From Candidatus Bathyarchaeia archaeon (lineage in GTDB: Archaea > Thermoproteota > Bathyarchaeia > Bathyarchaeales > Bathycorpusculaceae), in the NCBI GenBank assembly GCA_038882535.1, contig JAVZOA010000001.1, positions 731 through 64,730 on the forward strand: a DNA stretch of 64,000 nt. The letters are read 5' to 3'. The notes beneath the pieces were generated by a model, which was given only the letters and a program-made list of their open reading frames with translations, was not told where the DNA came from and searched no databases. Made by a program: the position numbers and the translations under genes. Each line of letters begins with the position of its first letter. Positions within the stretch are counted from its first letter, which is position 1. This document shows, one piece after another, positions 46,736 to 55,565 of the stretch.

Positions 46736-47200
46736 TTATGTCCTCGTAAAGGGGCAAACAACCGTTGGCATGTTCGTTGTAAGCCTTACCTTACGCAGCT
46801 TCAATCGCCTATACGGGATTAGCACCTTCTTTTCAGGCACGTCTATGTGCACGCCTAAAACTCGCATAACATCCAAACCCAATATGGGCGCGAAACCTTC
46901 ATCATAAATTGTCCAAGTGTAAAGTTTTCTGCCTGCTATTTCGATGACTATGTAGGCGGCTTTAACCCGTTTAACGCTGCCATCCGCTAAGCCAGCCTCC
47001 ACAACGCCAGCCTGCTCCAAGCCAAGCTTTTCAGCCAACTCTTTGCCGATGGCACAGCCACTCGCCCCGGTATCCACAAGAAACTCGATTTTCTCAACCT
47101 TTTTAGGCTCCAGTGGGTTAGCTATTTTAGCGTCTATGAAAATGTAGTCTTCGTTTTCAACACGGCGGATATGCCACTTCTTTAAGCCGAATAAATTCAT
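46736..47200 (-). CDS. retropepsin-like (clan AA) aspartic protease
   Basis: Catalytic FLVDTGASGCAI and flap/C-terminal ILGLDVMRVLG pattern. Confidence 0.7.
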   Translation of the reverse strand: MNLFGLKKWHIRRVENEDYIFIDAKIANPLEPKKVEKIEFLVDTGASGCAIGKELAEKLGLEQAGVVEAGLADGSVKRVKAAYIVIEIAGRKLYTWTIYDEGFAPILGLDVMRVLGVHIDVPEKKVLIPYRRLKLRKVRLTTNMPTVVCPFTRT

Positions 47201-47201
47201 T

Positions 47202-47450
47202 TTAATTGAACACTTCCCTGAGAAAGTTTAGGGCAGCGGTCAAGCAGGCTATTACCAGCGTGATTGTAACAACTTGGCTTGTCTGAAAGCCAATTATCAA
47301 ACCGCTTATAAACCCAATAGCGGCAGACTGACAAGCCCTTTTGAGGCTCCTTTTTGCATAAAGCTTGAACCATCGCCTTCGCTGAATAAGGCGGAACCTA
47401 AAAGCCCTAAACAGGCTTTTTCTGAAAGCTGCCAGTCCCCCTCGTGTCAA
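47202..47450 (-). CDS. small membrane protein
   Basis: 82 aa with a basic N-terminus and two hydrophobic helices. Confidence 0.4.
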   Translation of the reverse strand: MTRGGLAAFRKSLFRAFRFRLIQRRRWFKLYAKRSLKRACQSAAIGFISGLIIGFQTSQVVTITLVIACLTAALNFLREVFN

Positions 47451-47691
47451 CTAAAACCTCGCCCCGCTCAACGTTTGGCACAAGATTTAGGCTGAAGCCT
47501 TCAAAATTCAGCAAGCCCAAAACATCCAGCCGTGAAAGCCGCGAAACAACCTCGCCCCTAAACCTATCCAGATAGGCGTGACGGAAAATCAACCCCCGCA
47601 CAACCCTATATTGAAGCCTATCAAAACAACGCTTATGAGGCATAAATATGGCCTCCGCTAAACGCCACTCAAAGGCGGCGAGCAAACTCAA
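47407..47691 (-). CDS. hypothetical protein
   Basis: 94-aa ORF overlapping the downstream gene by 44 nt. Confidence 0.35.
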   Translation of the reverse strand: MSLLAAFEWRLAEAIFMPHKRCFDRLQYRVVRGLIFRHAYLDRFRGEVVSRLSRLDVLGLLNFEGFSLNLVPNVERGEVLVDTRGTGSFQKKPV

Positions 47692-47763
47692 CCATGCAGA
47701 AACACTTTTAAAACCAAATGTTGAACGGTAACTATGTAGGCACTTATGTAGGTTAAAGGGCTT

Positions 47764-47928
47764 ATGCGGAGGAAAAGCTGGGTTAAAGTCTATCTAAGCC
47801 AAGAACAGAAACATTTGTTGGAGCGCATAGCAAAGAGCCTCGGCATAGGCGAAAGCGAAGTCCTGCGCCAAGCCTTCATGGAATACGCAAAAAGCATAAG
47901 CCTCATAACAGAAAAAGTCCACAGCTGA
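47764..47928 (+). CDS. ribbon-helix-helix (CopG/Arc-type) protein, 54 aa
   Basis: MRRKSWVKVYLSQEQKHLLERIAKSLGIGESEVLRQAFMEY follows the beta-strand/helix/helix RHH pattern. Not in the track because it is under 60 aa. Confidence 0.55.
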   Translation: MRRKSWVKVYLSQEQKHLLERIAKSLGIGESEVLRQAFMEYAKSISLITEKVHS

Positions 47929-47950
47929 AGAGCTCAGAAAAATGTAGAGA

Positions 47951-50900
47951 TTATGGTGTGTGTTTTCTTTTTGTTTTTCGTTTTATTGTTATGAAGGTTG
48001 CTGTTAGGATTGTTAGTAATGCGATATATGGGGCGACTGGTCTTGTTTCGGTTGATAGTTGTATTGGGATTGAGTATCCTCCGACTGGGACAGTTGCAAC
48101 TGTTATGCGGGCTGCTTCGGATTGGACCGTTTTGCCTTTAGCGTCTATTATTTTTAGATGCACATAGTATATGCCGGCTGTTGTTGGCGTAAAAATCCAT
48201 GTGGCTGAGGCGGCTCCTGAGACTGGAGCGTTATTAAGATACCATTGATAAGTGTAGGGCGGGTAACCTCCAGATACTGTTGAAGTGAAGGTTACTGATT
48301 GACCTACGAGTATTGAGACTGAAAGCGGGCTTATAGAAATTGATAGCGGTGGTGGAGGAGGCGAGTATATGAATACTGCTTTCAGCGTGTGGTTTTTATC
48401 CATTAAAACTGTGTATGGGTTTGCTGAGCCGACATTTATTGTGTCGAGTTCCCAGTGGTCGAAAATGTAGTTTGTATCCGGAATTGCTGTGACTTGAACT
48501 GAGGAATTGGCCAGATAAATGTATGTTTCAGGGGTTGGGTCTGTTGTGCCGCCAATTGTTGTAATTATTGTTAAGGCGTATTTTGGAAGCTCTCCACCGC
48601 CAGTTCCTGTCACGCCTGACACAACGTAGTATTCTGTGCCATTGTAGTATGTGGTGGTTACTGTGATTCCGTTTATAGTTTCTCCGACATGAATAATCAT
48701 GTCAGCGTTTTCTAAGCTGACTTCTTCAAGTGATTTGGCGTTGAAGCATAAGTAAATTGCTCCTGCACCAGTAGATGGTATGTATAGAGTTTTGGATTTC
48801 TCGATCACCTCTGGCCATGAAGGCATATAGAAGAATGCTTTCCTTTCCACAATGTTTACATCAGCCATAAAAGCGGAAAGATCAATATTTTCGGTAGCGT
48901 TCTCAAAGTGCACCCCAAACTCTACTATGGGTGTTTCGGGTGAGGCTATTTTTGTGATAAGAACTGTTTCAAAAGTATTTTGTCCGTCTCCTCCCTCAGT
49001 TACACTAACACCTCTACCTGTTGAAACAGCTCGGAAATTCTCAGGAAGCCTACAAATATAATGCATTGGATTAAGCTCACCGCTTACAAATATACGATAG
49101 TCATATAAATGAACCCCTGAACCTTGAGGGGTGTATACTATTAAACTTAATCTGTATACTCCTGCGTAATCATATGAATGCAGAGGGTCATCCGCTCCAG
49201 TTTTTAATGATAAGTCCCCATAACCTTCCAAGGTTTCTCCATCTCCGAAATTCCATACGTAATAATAGTAGGAACTTAAACCAGTATTGGGTGGAACAAT
49301 TGTTAGCTCCACTACCTTTCTTTCACTTCGACGACCGGTTGCAAAATCAATAGTGTAAGCCATAAAATGAATATCTTGATTGTTTGATGGATTTCCAGGG
49401 CTTAATGTAAAGAAAAGACTTAAGCCAGGGTCGCTGCCAGCAACTCCCTCAAACGTATTATAGTTCACGATTGCTTGTCCATTCACCTTCACTAATCTGA
49501 TGATCTCCGTAGATTCTTGATAAACAGCTTCTGTCTCTACCACATGTTGAGCCATCGCGGAACTTGAAATCCAATTTACGTGTGTATGCCCACCGAAATC
49601 ATATATAGTAATCTTGTTATCTTTGCGGAGCCTTTCAAAGTAATCCACATACTCATTAGGACAAACGAAACCTCCTTCAAGAGAGAGTGGGTGATGACAA
49701 AAAACGACAACATTTCTTCCTTTATTTTCGTTAAGAAAATCATTAAGCCACGTAGTGGTATCACCGAATAATTGAACAAGTGCTCCCAACTTTGACCCTG
49801 GATATGCCATAGATGGATCTCGTGGGTTAAAATCTAAGCAAACAAAATTCATGTCGCCAAAACTAAATTTGTAGTTCTGCAAATACGGAGCACTACTGTG
49901 TAATTGCCTTTTCCAGGAACTGCCGAAAAGGCGAGTGATCAGGTCGCGGTTATTTTTGCTCTCTTGGTCTTCCCAAAAGACTTTTTGGAAAAATCTGTCT
50001 CCGAGGGAATCGGGATTGTAGCCAACTTTGCTTACGGCAGCGGCAATGTATCCTTCATCTCGTTTATCAGGGTCTGTTCCTTGTTGCATGGTGTATGGCC
50101 AGATATCGTGATTTCCTATGATTGGTATGTAGGGGATTCCGTCAGATGTGTCTCCGTCTCCGTTTGGGTCATTCAATTTGTTCAGTATTTCCCTTGCCTT
50201 TAGGAACTCTGACTTCTCGGCTGTGTCAGCTATATCGCCAAGGACAACCACAAACTTGATATTCTGTGCATCTTTCAGCTGGATTATTCTTTCAACAACT
50301 TTTTCTAACCTACTGGTCAGCCAATAATCTTGAGCTGCCTCCAAATTCGCATCATCATAGCCCGAGTCGCCATAGTCGCAATAACCCCAGCCAATATGTA
50401 TGTCAGTTATGATCGCGAATGACCATTCTCCAAGCTGAGAAACTTCGAGTGTGATATCTATAGTGTGAGCTGTGGTTCCACTGGTTCCAGTTACAGTCAA
50501 GCTATAACTTCCCGTTTTGGCAGTGGTGTCAACTGAAATTGTCAGCTTTGATGTAGTCGAACCATCTGGCGGCGGCGTAACAATTTCAGGGGTGATGGCC
50601 GCTCTGACTCCTGACGGTGCCCCAGAAACAGATAGTAAAACGGGTTGGTTGAAGCCATTTAGCGACATAACAGTTATGGTTAATGTATCTAAATCACCTT
50701 GCTGGATTGTTAAGAAGGTTGAAGAAGGTGTAATTGAAAAATCTGCGGTAGGTGGTGGTAGTGTTGTTAGTGGTAGGTAGTTGTTTATTCTTGAGCTTGT
50801 GTTTATGAAGAATTCGTATTGTTGACTGTTGTAAGTTATTAGGGCTTCTACTTCATAGTGTCCGTTGTTTATTGGTTTGATGGCGTTTAATATTTTTCCT

Positions 50901-52483
50901 TGGAAGGTGTATGTGTTTGGTGCTGTTTGGCTATAAGTGAACTGGCTTAAATCTACAATTTGCCGGACATGCTCCTTGTCCAGTCCATCGGTTGCTATTA
51001 AATAAACTGTGGGAATCTGGCTTGGAACCTGCCCGCCAAGGCTTACTTCACCGCTAATAAGCAAGTCTGAGTTGGATAAGGTTGCGGTTCCGTGAATGTG
51101 ACCATTACCTTCAGCCGTGACGTAGTTGTCATCTAAGTTATACTGGAAATCTGTGTCAAAAGACCATTCTTGAACAAGGCTCCAAGGATTCATGAGTGGG
51201 TATCTGTCTCTGTTATTCTCGTCAATGACGTATGGTGTATCACCTATCCCATCACTTCCAGGCTGATCCTGATTAGGACCGCCTTTCTCATCAACGCCAG
51301 CATAGTCGCTCCAGTAGTTTCCGCCAGAAGGATAACCATCATCCCAAACGTTAGTTGAAGCAAAACTACTCAATGTGTGTCTTGTATTGTTAATGAAGTT
51401 GTTATGGTAAATAACGTTGTTCGAAGATTTCCAGAGATGAATGCCACCCGCATTGATGTCATACCCATTGTTTGTTATGTTGTTTCCAAAAACGATGTTA
51501 TAATAAGAATGCACGAGAAGAACACCATACTCGACGTTTGCTGCTATATTGTTATTTGTTATTCTCGTGTTGTTTGTCATCCATAGTTCTATACCGATGT
51601 CTGTGCGAGTGAGGTTGAGATTCTCCAAGACAATACCATCACAGTTTACAAGAATCACCTCCCCTGCATCTTCAACCGTGAGGTATGACACTCCCTCAAG
51701 ATAGATAAGTGGCTTGCCATTCACCAAATTATCCTTAATAACGTTATCATAAGAATCCCATACAAATAAACCATCATCAGTAAACATGTTTCCAGATATG
51801 CTGTTGTTAGAAGAATAATCGAGACCAATGCCCTCCCAGCTGTTTGCTGTTATGTTGTTTCCAGAAATGCTGTTATAAGAAGAATAACTGAGCCAGAGGC
51901 CATACCCATTGTTTGTTATGTTGTTCCTGCAAACAATATTGTTGTCAGAAACATAAATCATAATGCCCTCCCAGCTGTTTGCTGTTATGTTGTTTCCAGA
52001 AATGCTGTTATAAGAAGAATAACTGAGCCAGAGGCCACACCCATTGTTTGTTATGTCGTCTCCATGAATGTCGATACCTGAAGAATAGTTTAGGTGGATA
52101 CCAAAAGTGAATCCTGAGATTTTTATATTTTTGATGATGACGTCCCTTCTTTCGGTCAGATCTATTCCTGTAGATTCATAAACTATGCCTACTCCTTGAA
52201 GCATGTGGCCAGCGCCATCCAGCACTATGTCGTTCCTGTTAATGACTATTGCACTCATACGCGCGCCTTCTGGAACCTCTATGACAATATCGTCAGTAAA
52301 GGTGTAAGTCACATAATCAACCGTTGAAATGGGAGCATCTGTAGGCACAACGCGTCCATCAGCAAGAATATAAATCGTTCCTCCATAAGTATAACTGGAC
52401 TTGACTGGTTGAACTTTGAGCACCGCTGTCAACACACTAATTACAAGCAGAGCCAACATTAGAGCAGAAACAATTTTCTTCAT
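47951..52483 (-). CDS. giant secreted multidomain protein: beta-helix repeats + metallophosphoesterase + PKD/Ig-like domains + C-terminal TM anchor
   Basis: Signal/anchor MKKIVSALMLALLVISVLTAV. Repeated NNITNNGYGLWLSYSSYNSISGNNITAN (parallel beta-helix). Phosphoesterase motifs ITDIHIG, LGDIAD, IIGNHD, CHHP and GGHTHVNW. PKD-like WNFGDGE...YAGVYRLSL. C-terminal hydrophobic helix plus KRKTKRKH. Confidence 0.8.
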   Translation of the reverse strand: MKKIVSALMLALLVISVLTAVLKVQPVKSSYTYGGTIYILADGRVVPTDAPISTVDYVTYTFTDDIVIEVPEGARMSAIVINRNDIVLDGAGHMLQGVGIVYESTGIDLTERRDVIIKNIKISGFTFGIHLNYSSGIDIHGDDITNNGCGLWLSYSSYNSISGNNITANSWEGIMIYVSDNNIVCRNNITNNGYGLWLSYSSYNSISGNNITANSWEGIGLDYSSNNSISGNMFTDDGLFVWDSYDNVIKDNLVNGKPLIYLEGVSYLTVEDAGEVILVNCDGIVLENLNLTRTDIGIELWMTNNTRITNNNIAANVEYGVLLVHSYYNIVFGNNITNNGYDINAGGIHLWKSSNNVIYHNNFINNTRHTLSSFASTNVWDDGYPSGGNYWSDYAGVDEKGGPNQDQPGSDGIGDTPYVIDENNRDRYPLMNPWSLVQEWSFDTDFQYNLDDNYVTAEGNGHIHGTATLSNSDLLISGEVSLGGQVPSQIPTVYLIATDGLDKEHVRQIVDLSQFTYSQTAPNTYTFQGKILNAIKPINNGHYEVEALITYNSQQYEFFINTSSRINNYLPLTTLPPPTADFSITPSSTFLTIQQGDLDTLTITVMSLNGFNQPVLLSVSGAPSGVRAAITPEIVTPPPDGSTTSKLTISVDTTAKTGSYSLTVTGTSGTTAHTIDITLEVSQLGEWSFAIITDIHIGWGYCDYGDSGYDDANLEAAQDYWLTSRLEKVVERIIQLKDAQNIKFVVVLGDIADTAEKSEFLKAREILNKLNDPNGDGDTSDGIPYIPIIGNHDIWPYTMQQGTDPDKRDEGYIAAAVSKVGYNPDSLGDRFFQKVFWEDQESKNNRDLITRLFGSSWKRQLHSSAPYLQNYKFSFGDMNFVCLDFNPRDPSMAYPGSKLGALVQLFGDTTTWLNDFLNENKGRNVVVFCHHPLSLEGGFVCPNEYVDYFERLRKDNKITIYDFGGHTHVNWISSSAMAQHVVETEAVYQESTEIIRLVKVNGQAIVNYNTFEGVAGSDPGLSLFFTLSPGNPSNNQDIHFMAYTIDFATGRRSERKVVELTIVPPNTGLSSYYYYVWNFGDGETLEGYGDLSLKTGADDPLHSYDYAGVYRLSLIVYTPQGSGVHLYDYRIFVSGELNPMHYICRLPENFRAVSTGRGVSVTEGGDGQNTFETVLITKIASPETPIVEFGVHFENATENIDLSAFMADVNIVERKAFFYMPSWPEVIEKSKTLYIPSTGAGAIYLCFNAKSLEEVSLENADMIIHVGETINGITVTTTYYNGTEYYVVSGVTGTGGGELPKYALTIITTIGGTTDPTPETYIYLANSSVQVTAIPDTNYIFDHWELDTINVGSANPYTVLMDKNHTLKAVFIYSPPPPPLSISISPLSVSILVGQSVTFTSTVSGGYPPYTYQWYLNNAPVSGAASATWIFTPTTAGIYYVHLKIIDAKGKTVQSEAARITVATVPVGGYSIPIQLSTETRPVAPYIALLTILTATFITIKRKTKRKHTP
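51827..52057. repeat. near-perfect 96-bp tandem-type duplication (135-bp period) inside the beta-helix region
   Basis: 51827-51922 and 51962-52057 differ at one position. Both encode SWEGI...NNITNNG(Y/C)GLWLSYSSYNSISGNNITAN. Confidence 0.85.
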
Positions 52484-52585
52484 TTTCCTTTCTCCTTTGT
52501 TCGGCAAAAAATATTATAATGTTGAATTTTTGCTTAAATTTTACGGAAAAATCTTCTATAACGGTTGTCTACATCACTTTCGGTT

Positions 52586-52610
52586 TGTGTGTGCGTGTGT
52601 GCGTGCACGC
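52586..52610. repeat. 25-nt perfectly alternating pyrimidine-purine tract
   Basis: tgtgtgtgcgtgtgtgcgtgcacgc. A 13-nt stretch (52587-52599) is the reverse complement of 52767-52779. Confidence 0.8.
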
Positions 52611-52764
52611 TTCCGCCTACACTAATAGTCTCTCTGTTTCTTTAAGAATCAGGCATTCTTCTTCTATGGTTAAATAATAGCCTCTCCGCTAACCAACTCT
52701 ATGTTTGTTTCATCCTTTTCTCTTTCTTCAGGTGAGCGTGTTTAGTCTCTCTTTAGGGCTTCTC

Positions 52765-52779
52765 TGCACACGCACACAC
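52765..52779. repeat. 15-nt alternating pyrimidine-purine tract, inverted partner of 52587-52599
   Basis: tgcacacgcacacac, at the 3' end of ORF 52779..53126. Confidence 0.8.
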
Positions 52780-53126
52780 TAAATTTTTTCAGTTTTCACC
52801 TCCTTTACCTCTTCATTCTGTTTCAGTCTTATGTCGGTCAGCTTTAATTGTTTCAGCTTTTCTTTCAAGTGTTCTGTGACGAACTGTTCTATGGCTTCAA
52901 CGTCTATCCTGTAAATGACTACGCCCAAGGGATTCTTTGTTGCAGTCTTTAGAAACCCTAAATCTTCCGTTAGCATCCGCATATACTTTTGAACTGTTCT
53001 TTTGTCTGCTCCTACGCTTATCTTGATTAGTCTTTCAACTTCTGTGGATGGTATTTGCAGCCTGTAGCCTCTCTCAAGCATTTCTTCGACAAGTTCTATG
53101 CATTTGCGGAAGGCCTTACTAACCAT
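52779..53126 (-). CDS. putative winged-helix DNA-binding protein
   Basis: 115 aa. ADKRTVQKYMRMLTEDLGFLK resembles a wHTH recognition helix, followed by a charged C-terminal tail. Confidence 0.4.
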   Translation of the reverse strand: MVSKAFRKCIELVEEMLERGYRLQIPSTEVERLIKISVGADKRTVQKYMRMLTEDLGFLKTATKNPLGVVIYRIDVEAIEQFVTEHLKEKLKQLKLTDIRLKQNEEVKEVKTEKI

Positions 53127-53140
53127 CGCCTATTCGCCTT

Positions 53141-53635
53141 TTATTCTGGTTTTAGGGGTTTCCTTCTCCATTGGGGTTCAAAGCCAACTATGAAGTCGTG
53201 GAGGCAAACGTTTGGTTTGGCGCCCGCTGTCCAGCCAACGTCTCCTCGCAACCATCTTGTTAGCTTGTCGCTGAGCTGGAAAGCCTCATCTAAAACCTTC
53301 ACGTGTCCATGGTCTTCAGGAGCCCAAGCGTAGTATCGCCTCTTAAAGATGGGGCTTTCGTTTAGCAAGTCAGCCGTCAAGTCGCTTTCCATGAATATTG
53401 GGAATACGCCCCATCCGTTTCCGCTTCGCTTCGCCTTCACAAGCCCCCAGCGGAATGGCGGTTTCTTAGCGTACGTAAACTTTCTGTAAAGGATTATTGG
53501 TAGCGGTTGATCAATAGGCCATGCTTCAAGCTGTTTTATGAGGGCTTCTGCGTCGCCGTTGTAGGCTATTTCTGCGCCCAAATGGAAGTAGCCCTCAAAG
53601 CGACATATCAGGTATATCCACCCCAAGAAACCCAA
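53141..53635 (-). CDS. hypothetical protein
   Basis: 164-aa ORF in the early-region operon. No recognised motif. Confidence 0.45.
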   Translation of the reverse strand: MGFLGWIYLICRFEGYFHLGAEIAYNGDAEALIKQLEAWPIDQPLPIILYRKFTYAKKPPFRWGLVKAKRSGNGWGVFPIFMESDLTADLLNESPIFKRRYYAWAPEDHGHVKVLDEAFQLSDKLTRWLRGDVGWTAGAKPNVCLHDFIVGFEPQWRRKPLKPE

Positions 53636-53648
53636 TGAGCTTTTCGCC

Positions 53649-53924
53649 TTACTGGATTATTTTTAGGATTCCCTGTTCCGCGTTATAGCTCACTTCTTTG
53701 ACCTTGTAGCCGCAAGCCCTTATGATTTTGGCGTTTTCCTCAGTTATTTCGCCTATGTAGGCTAATTTTTTGGCTCCGCTGAAGTAAACTGCCTCAACAA
53801 TGTTTCCGTTTTCGTCTTCTCTGTAGAATACTTTTCCGCCGTTTTTGGCTCCAGCCTCCATATAACTTTCGAAGAGTTTCCAGTCTTTGACCTCGCCTTC
53901 CAATCTAAAACTCAAGGCACCCAC
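53649..53924 (-). CDS. hypothetical protein
   Basis: 91-aa ORF in the operon. Confidence 0.45.
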   Translation of the reverse strand: MGALSFRLEGEVKDWKLFESYMEAGAKNGGKVFYREDENGNIVEAVYFSGAKKLAYIGEITEENAKIIRACGYKVKEVSYNAEQGILKIIQ

Positions 53925-54190
53925 GCTCCTTCCGTTGAACCTAAAGGCTTAGCGTATTTCTCCACAAGCCTTCCATACTCTCTTTGAAGCTGTTCGGTTT
54001 CCGCGAACGGGCTGGCTTTCTGCGTTTCATAAATGAGCACGTGCCCATTATGCTTGTCTATGCCGTAGATGCGGAAAACAAGCCTATGGATAAAGCCTCC
54101 CTTGGCAATAATCGTGCCCGAATGGTGCATCGGCTTAGCCCTGTCAGCCCTCTCCTTGAACTCTTCAAAGTTGCGGATTATCTCCCTCAT
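53912..54190 (-). CDS. hypothetical protein
   Basis: 92-aa ORF overlapping its neighbours by a few nt on each side. Confidence 0.45.
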   Translation of the reverse strand: MREIIRNFEEFKERADRAKPMHHSGTIIAKGGFIHRLVFRIYGIDKHNGHVLIYETQKASPFAETEQLQREYGRLVEKYAKPLGSTEGAWVP

Positions 54191-54828
54191 TGGACGCGCC
54201 CCCGAACAATGGCTCTTTCAAGAGGCGAAAGCTCCCAAGTGGCTAAAACTCCGAAAAGGTTGGCTGTCAAACGCTTAAGCAGAACTGGGTCTTTCGGCGG
54301 GACAGGCTTCCACTCCTCAACTTCCCAAAGCAAGTGATAGTTTCTGAGCCTATGCCTAACTTCTTCAACAAGAATTTTAGCCGGAATTATGGGCGCTGGG
54401 CATTGAACCAGCTGGTTCTTAATGTTGTATGCGCTTAAGGGGCGTGATGGGTCTATTGGCTGCCACTGAAATGTTCCGGCGGGCAACTTAACTTCGGCAT
54501 AGGTTTTTCTGGGCTCCCGCTGCCAACGGTCAAGCCTCTCCATGCTGAATATGGCGCCTCCATCCTCAATCTTTAGGCAATAGCACTGTTTAGCGTCTGC
54601 ACGGCAAACCGCCAGCCTCGGGTCGCCTTCCCCGTTTAGCCCAGCCCTTTTGAAGCTTTCGTATATGTCAATGATTTTGCCATGGTGGCGCAGATGCCCG
54701 TAAACAGCCATCAGCTCGCGGCGGATCTCCTCTCTGCGCAGTTGGGCGTGGAGGCGAAAAGCCTCTTTAAGGGCTTTAAGCTCGGCTTCAGCCTGCTCCT
54801 TTGGAATTACAAGCTCCTCAACTTCCAT
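54187..54828 (-). CDS. hypothetical protein
   Basis: The ATG at 54828 (MEVEELVIPKEQ) lies 4 nt after the stop of the upstream RHH gene. The longest ORF reaches 54927. Confidence 0.5.
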   Translation of the reverse strand: MEVEELVIPKEQAEAELKALKEAFRLHAQLRREEIRRELMAVYGHLRHHGKIIDIYESFKRAGLNGEGDPRLAVCRADAKQCYCLKIEDGGAIFSMERLDRWQREPRKTYAEVKLPAGTFQWQPIDPSRPLSAYNIKNQLVQCPAPIIPAKILVEEVRHRLRNYHLLWEVEEWKPVPPKDPVLLKRLTANLFGVLATWELSPLERAIVRGRVQ

Positions 54829-54832
54829 GGGC

Positions 54833-55024
54833 TTATTCCTCCTTTGAAATGTTGTATTGCTGGAAAAGCCTCCGCACAGCCTCCTTAACAACCTCTGAGC
54901 GGCTAACAAAGCCATACTTGCCGACAAAATTGTCTATTTCATCCACAAGCGTTTTCGGCAGCTTTATGGTGACATATTTGCCGCCCATAGGCTTTTTCCA
55001 CCTGCAGATTCCTATTTTCGGCAT
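54833..55024 (-). CDS. ribbon-helix-helix (CopG-type) regulator
   Basis: YVTIKLPKTLVDEIDNFVGKYGFVSRSEVVKEAVRRL. The start is at either 55024 or the internal Met at 54988. Confidence 0.7.
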   Translation of the reverse strand: MPKIGICRWKKPMGGKYVTIKLPKTLVDEIDNFVGKYGFVSRSEVVKEAVRRLFQQYNISKEE

Positions 55025-55136
55025 GGTCTAAGTATTTAAATTTGATGTAATTAATTAGTAATAAGTTACACTTGCATGGCTATGGATTTTTGACAGAAAA
55101 TTTTATACAGCCAAATTAACCATATATGGCTAACGG
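55025..55136. promoter_or_regulatory. divergent promoter/operator region between two RHH genes
   Basis: AT-rich 112-bp spacer with TATA-like ATTTAAAT (55034-55041) and AAAATTTTATAC (55097-55108), plus direct ATGGCTA repeats at 55076 and 55125. Confidence 0.4.
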
Positions 55137-55562
55137 ATGAGTAAAATGAGCAAGCCAAAACCAGGCTCAGATCACATAACAATAAAACTTCCAAAAGAGC
55201 TTGTCGAAGAAATGGACAGGCTTATAGGCGTAAAAGGCTTCAGAAGCAGAGGAGAAATAGCAAAAGAAGCCATACGCCAACTCCTAAGCCAATATAAAGA
55301 AAGCTTAATAACGCCGCCGTTGCCGCCCCTCGAACACTTCAACATAAGCGAAAACGGAGTCCGCATCCTCGACAGAACACTGGCAAACGGATACTCAAGA
55401 GGCCGCATTGTAGACGTATATTTTAAGCCAGATCGCATAATATGCGAATACTGCGGAACAGACAACTGCCGCCATGTACAATTCGCCCTTGCCATACCAA
55501 AAGTGAGAGAAATTCTCGCCCAAAAAGACTGGCCAATAAGTAAAAGAATCGGGGAAGAATAA
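55137..55562 (+). CDS. RHH domain fused to a SWIM-like zinc-finger domain
   Basis: HITIKLPKELVEEMDRLIGVKGFRSRGEIAKEAIRQLL (RHH) and C-terminal CEYCGTDNCRH (CxxC...CxH). Confidence 0.65.
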   Translation: MSKMSKPKPGSDHITIKLPKELVEEMDRLIGVKGFRSRGEIAKEAIRQLLSQYKESLITPPLPPLEHFNISENGVRILDRTLANGYSRGRIVDVYFKPDRIICEYCGTDNCRHVQFALAIPKVREILAQKDWPISKRIGEE

Positions 55563-55565
55563 ACC

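Noticed and set aside
48852-51586. Several 60-100-aa plus-strand ORFs, and the minus-strand ORF at 49576..49779, inside the giant gene.
   Set aside because: They overlap a 1,510-codon ORF with multiple recognisable domains and are shadow frames.
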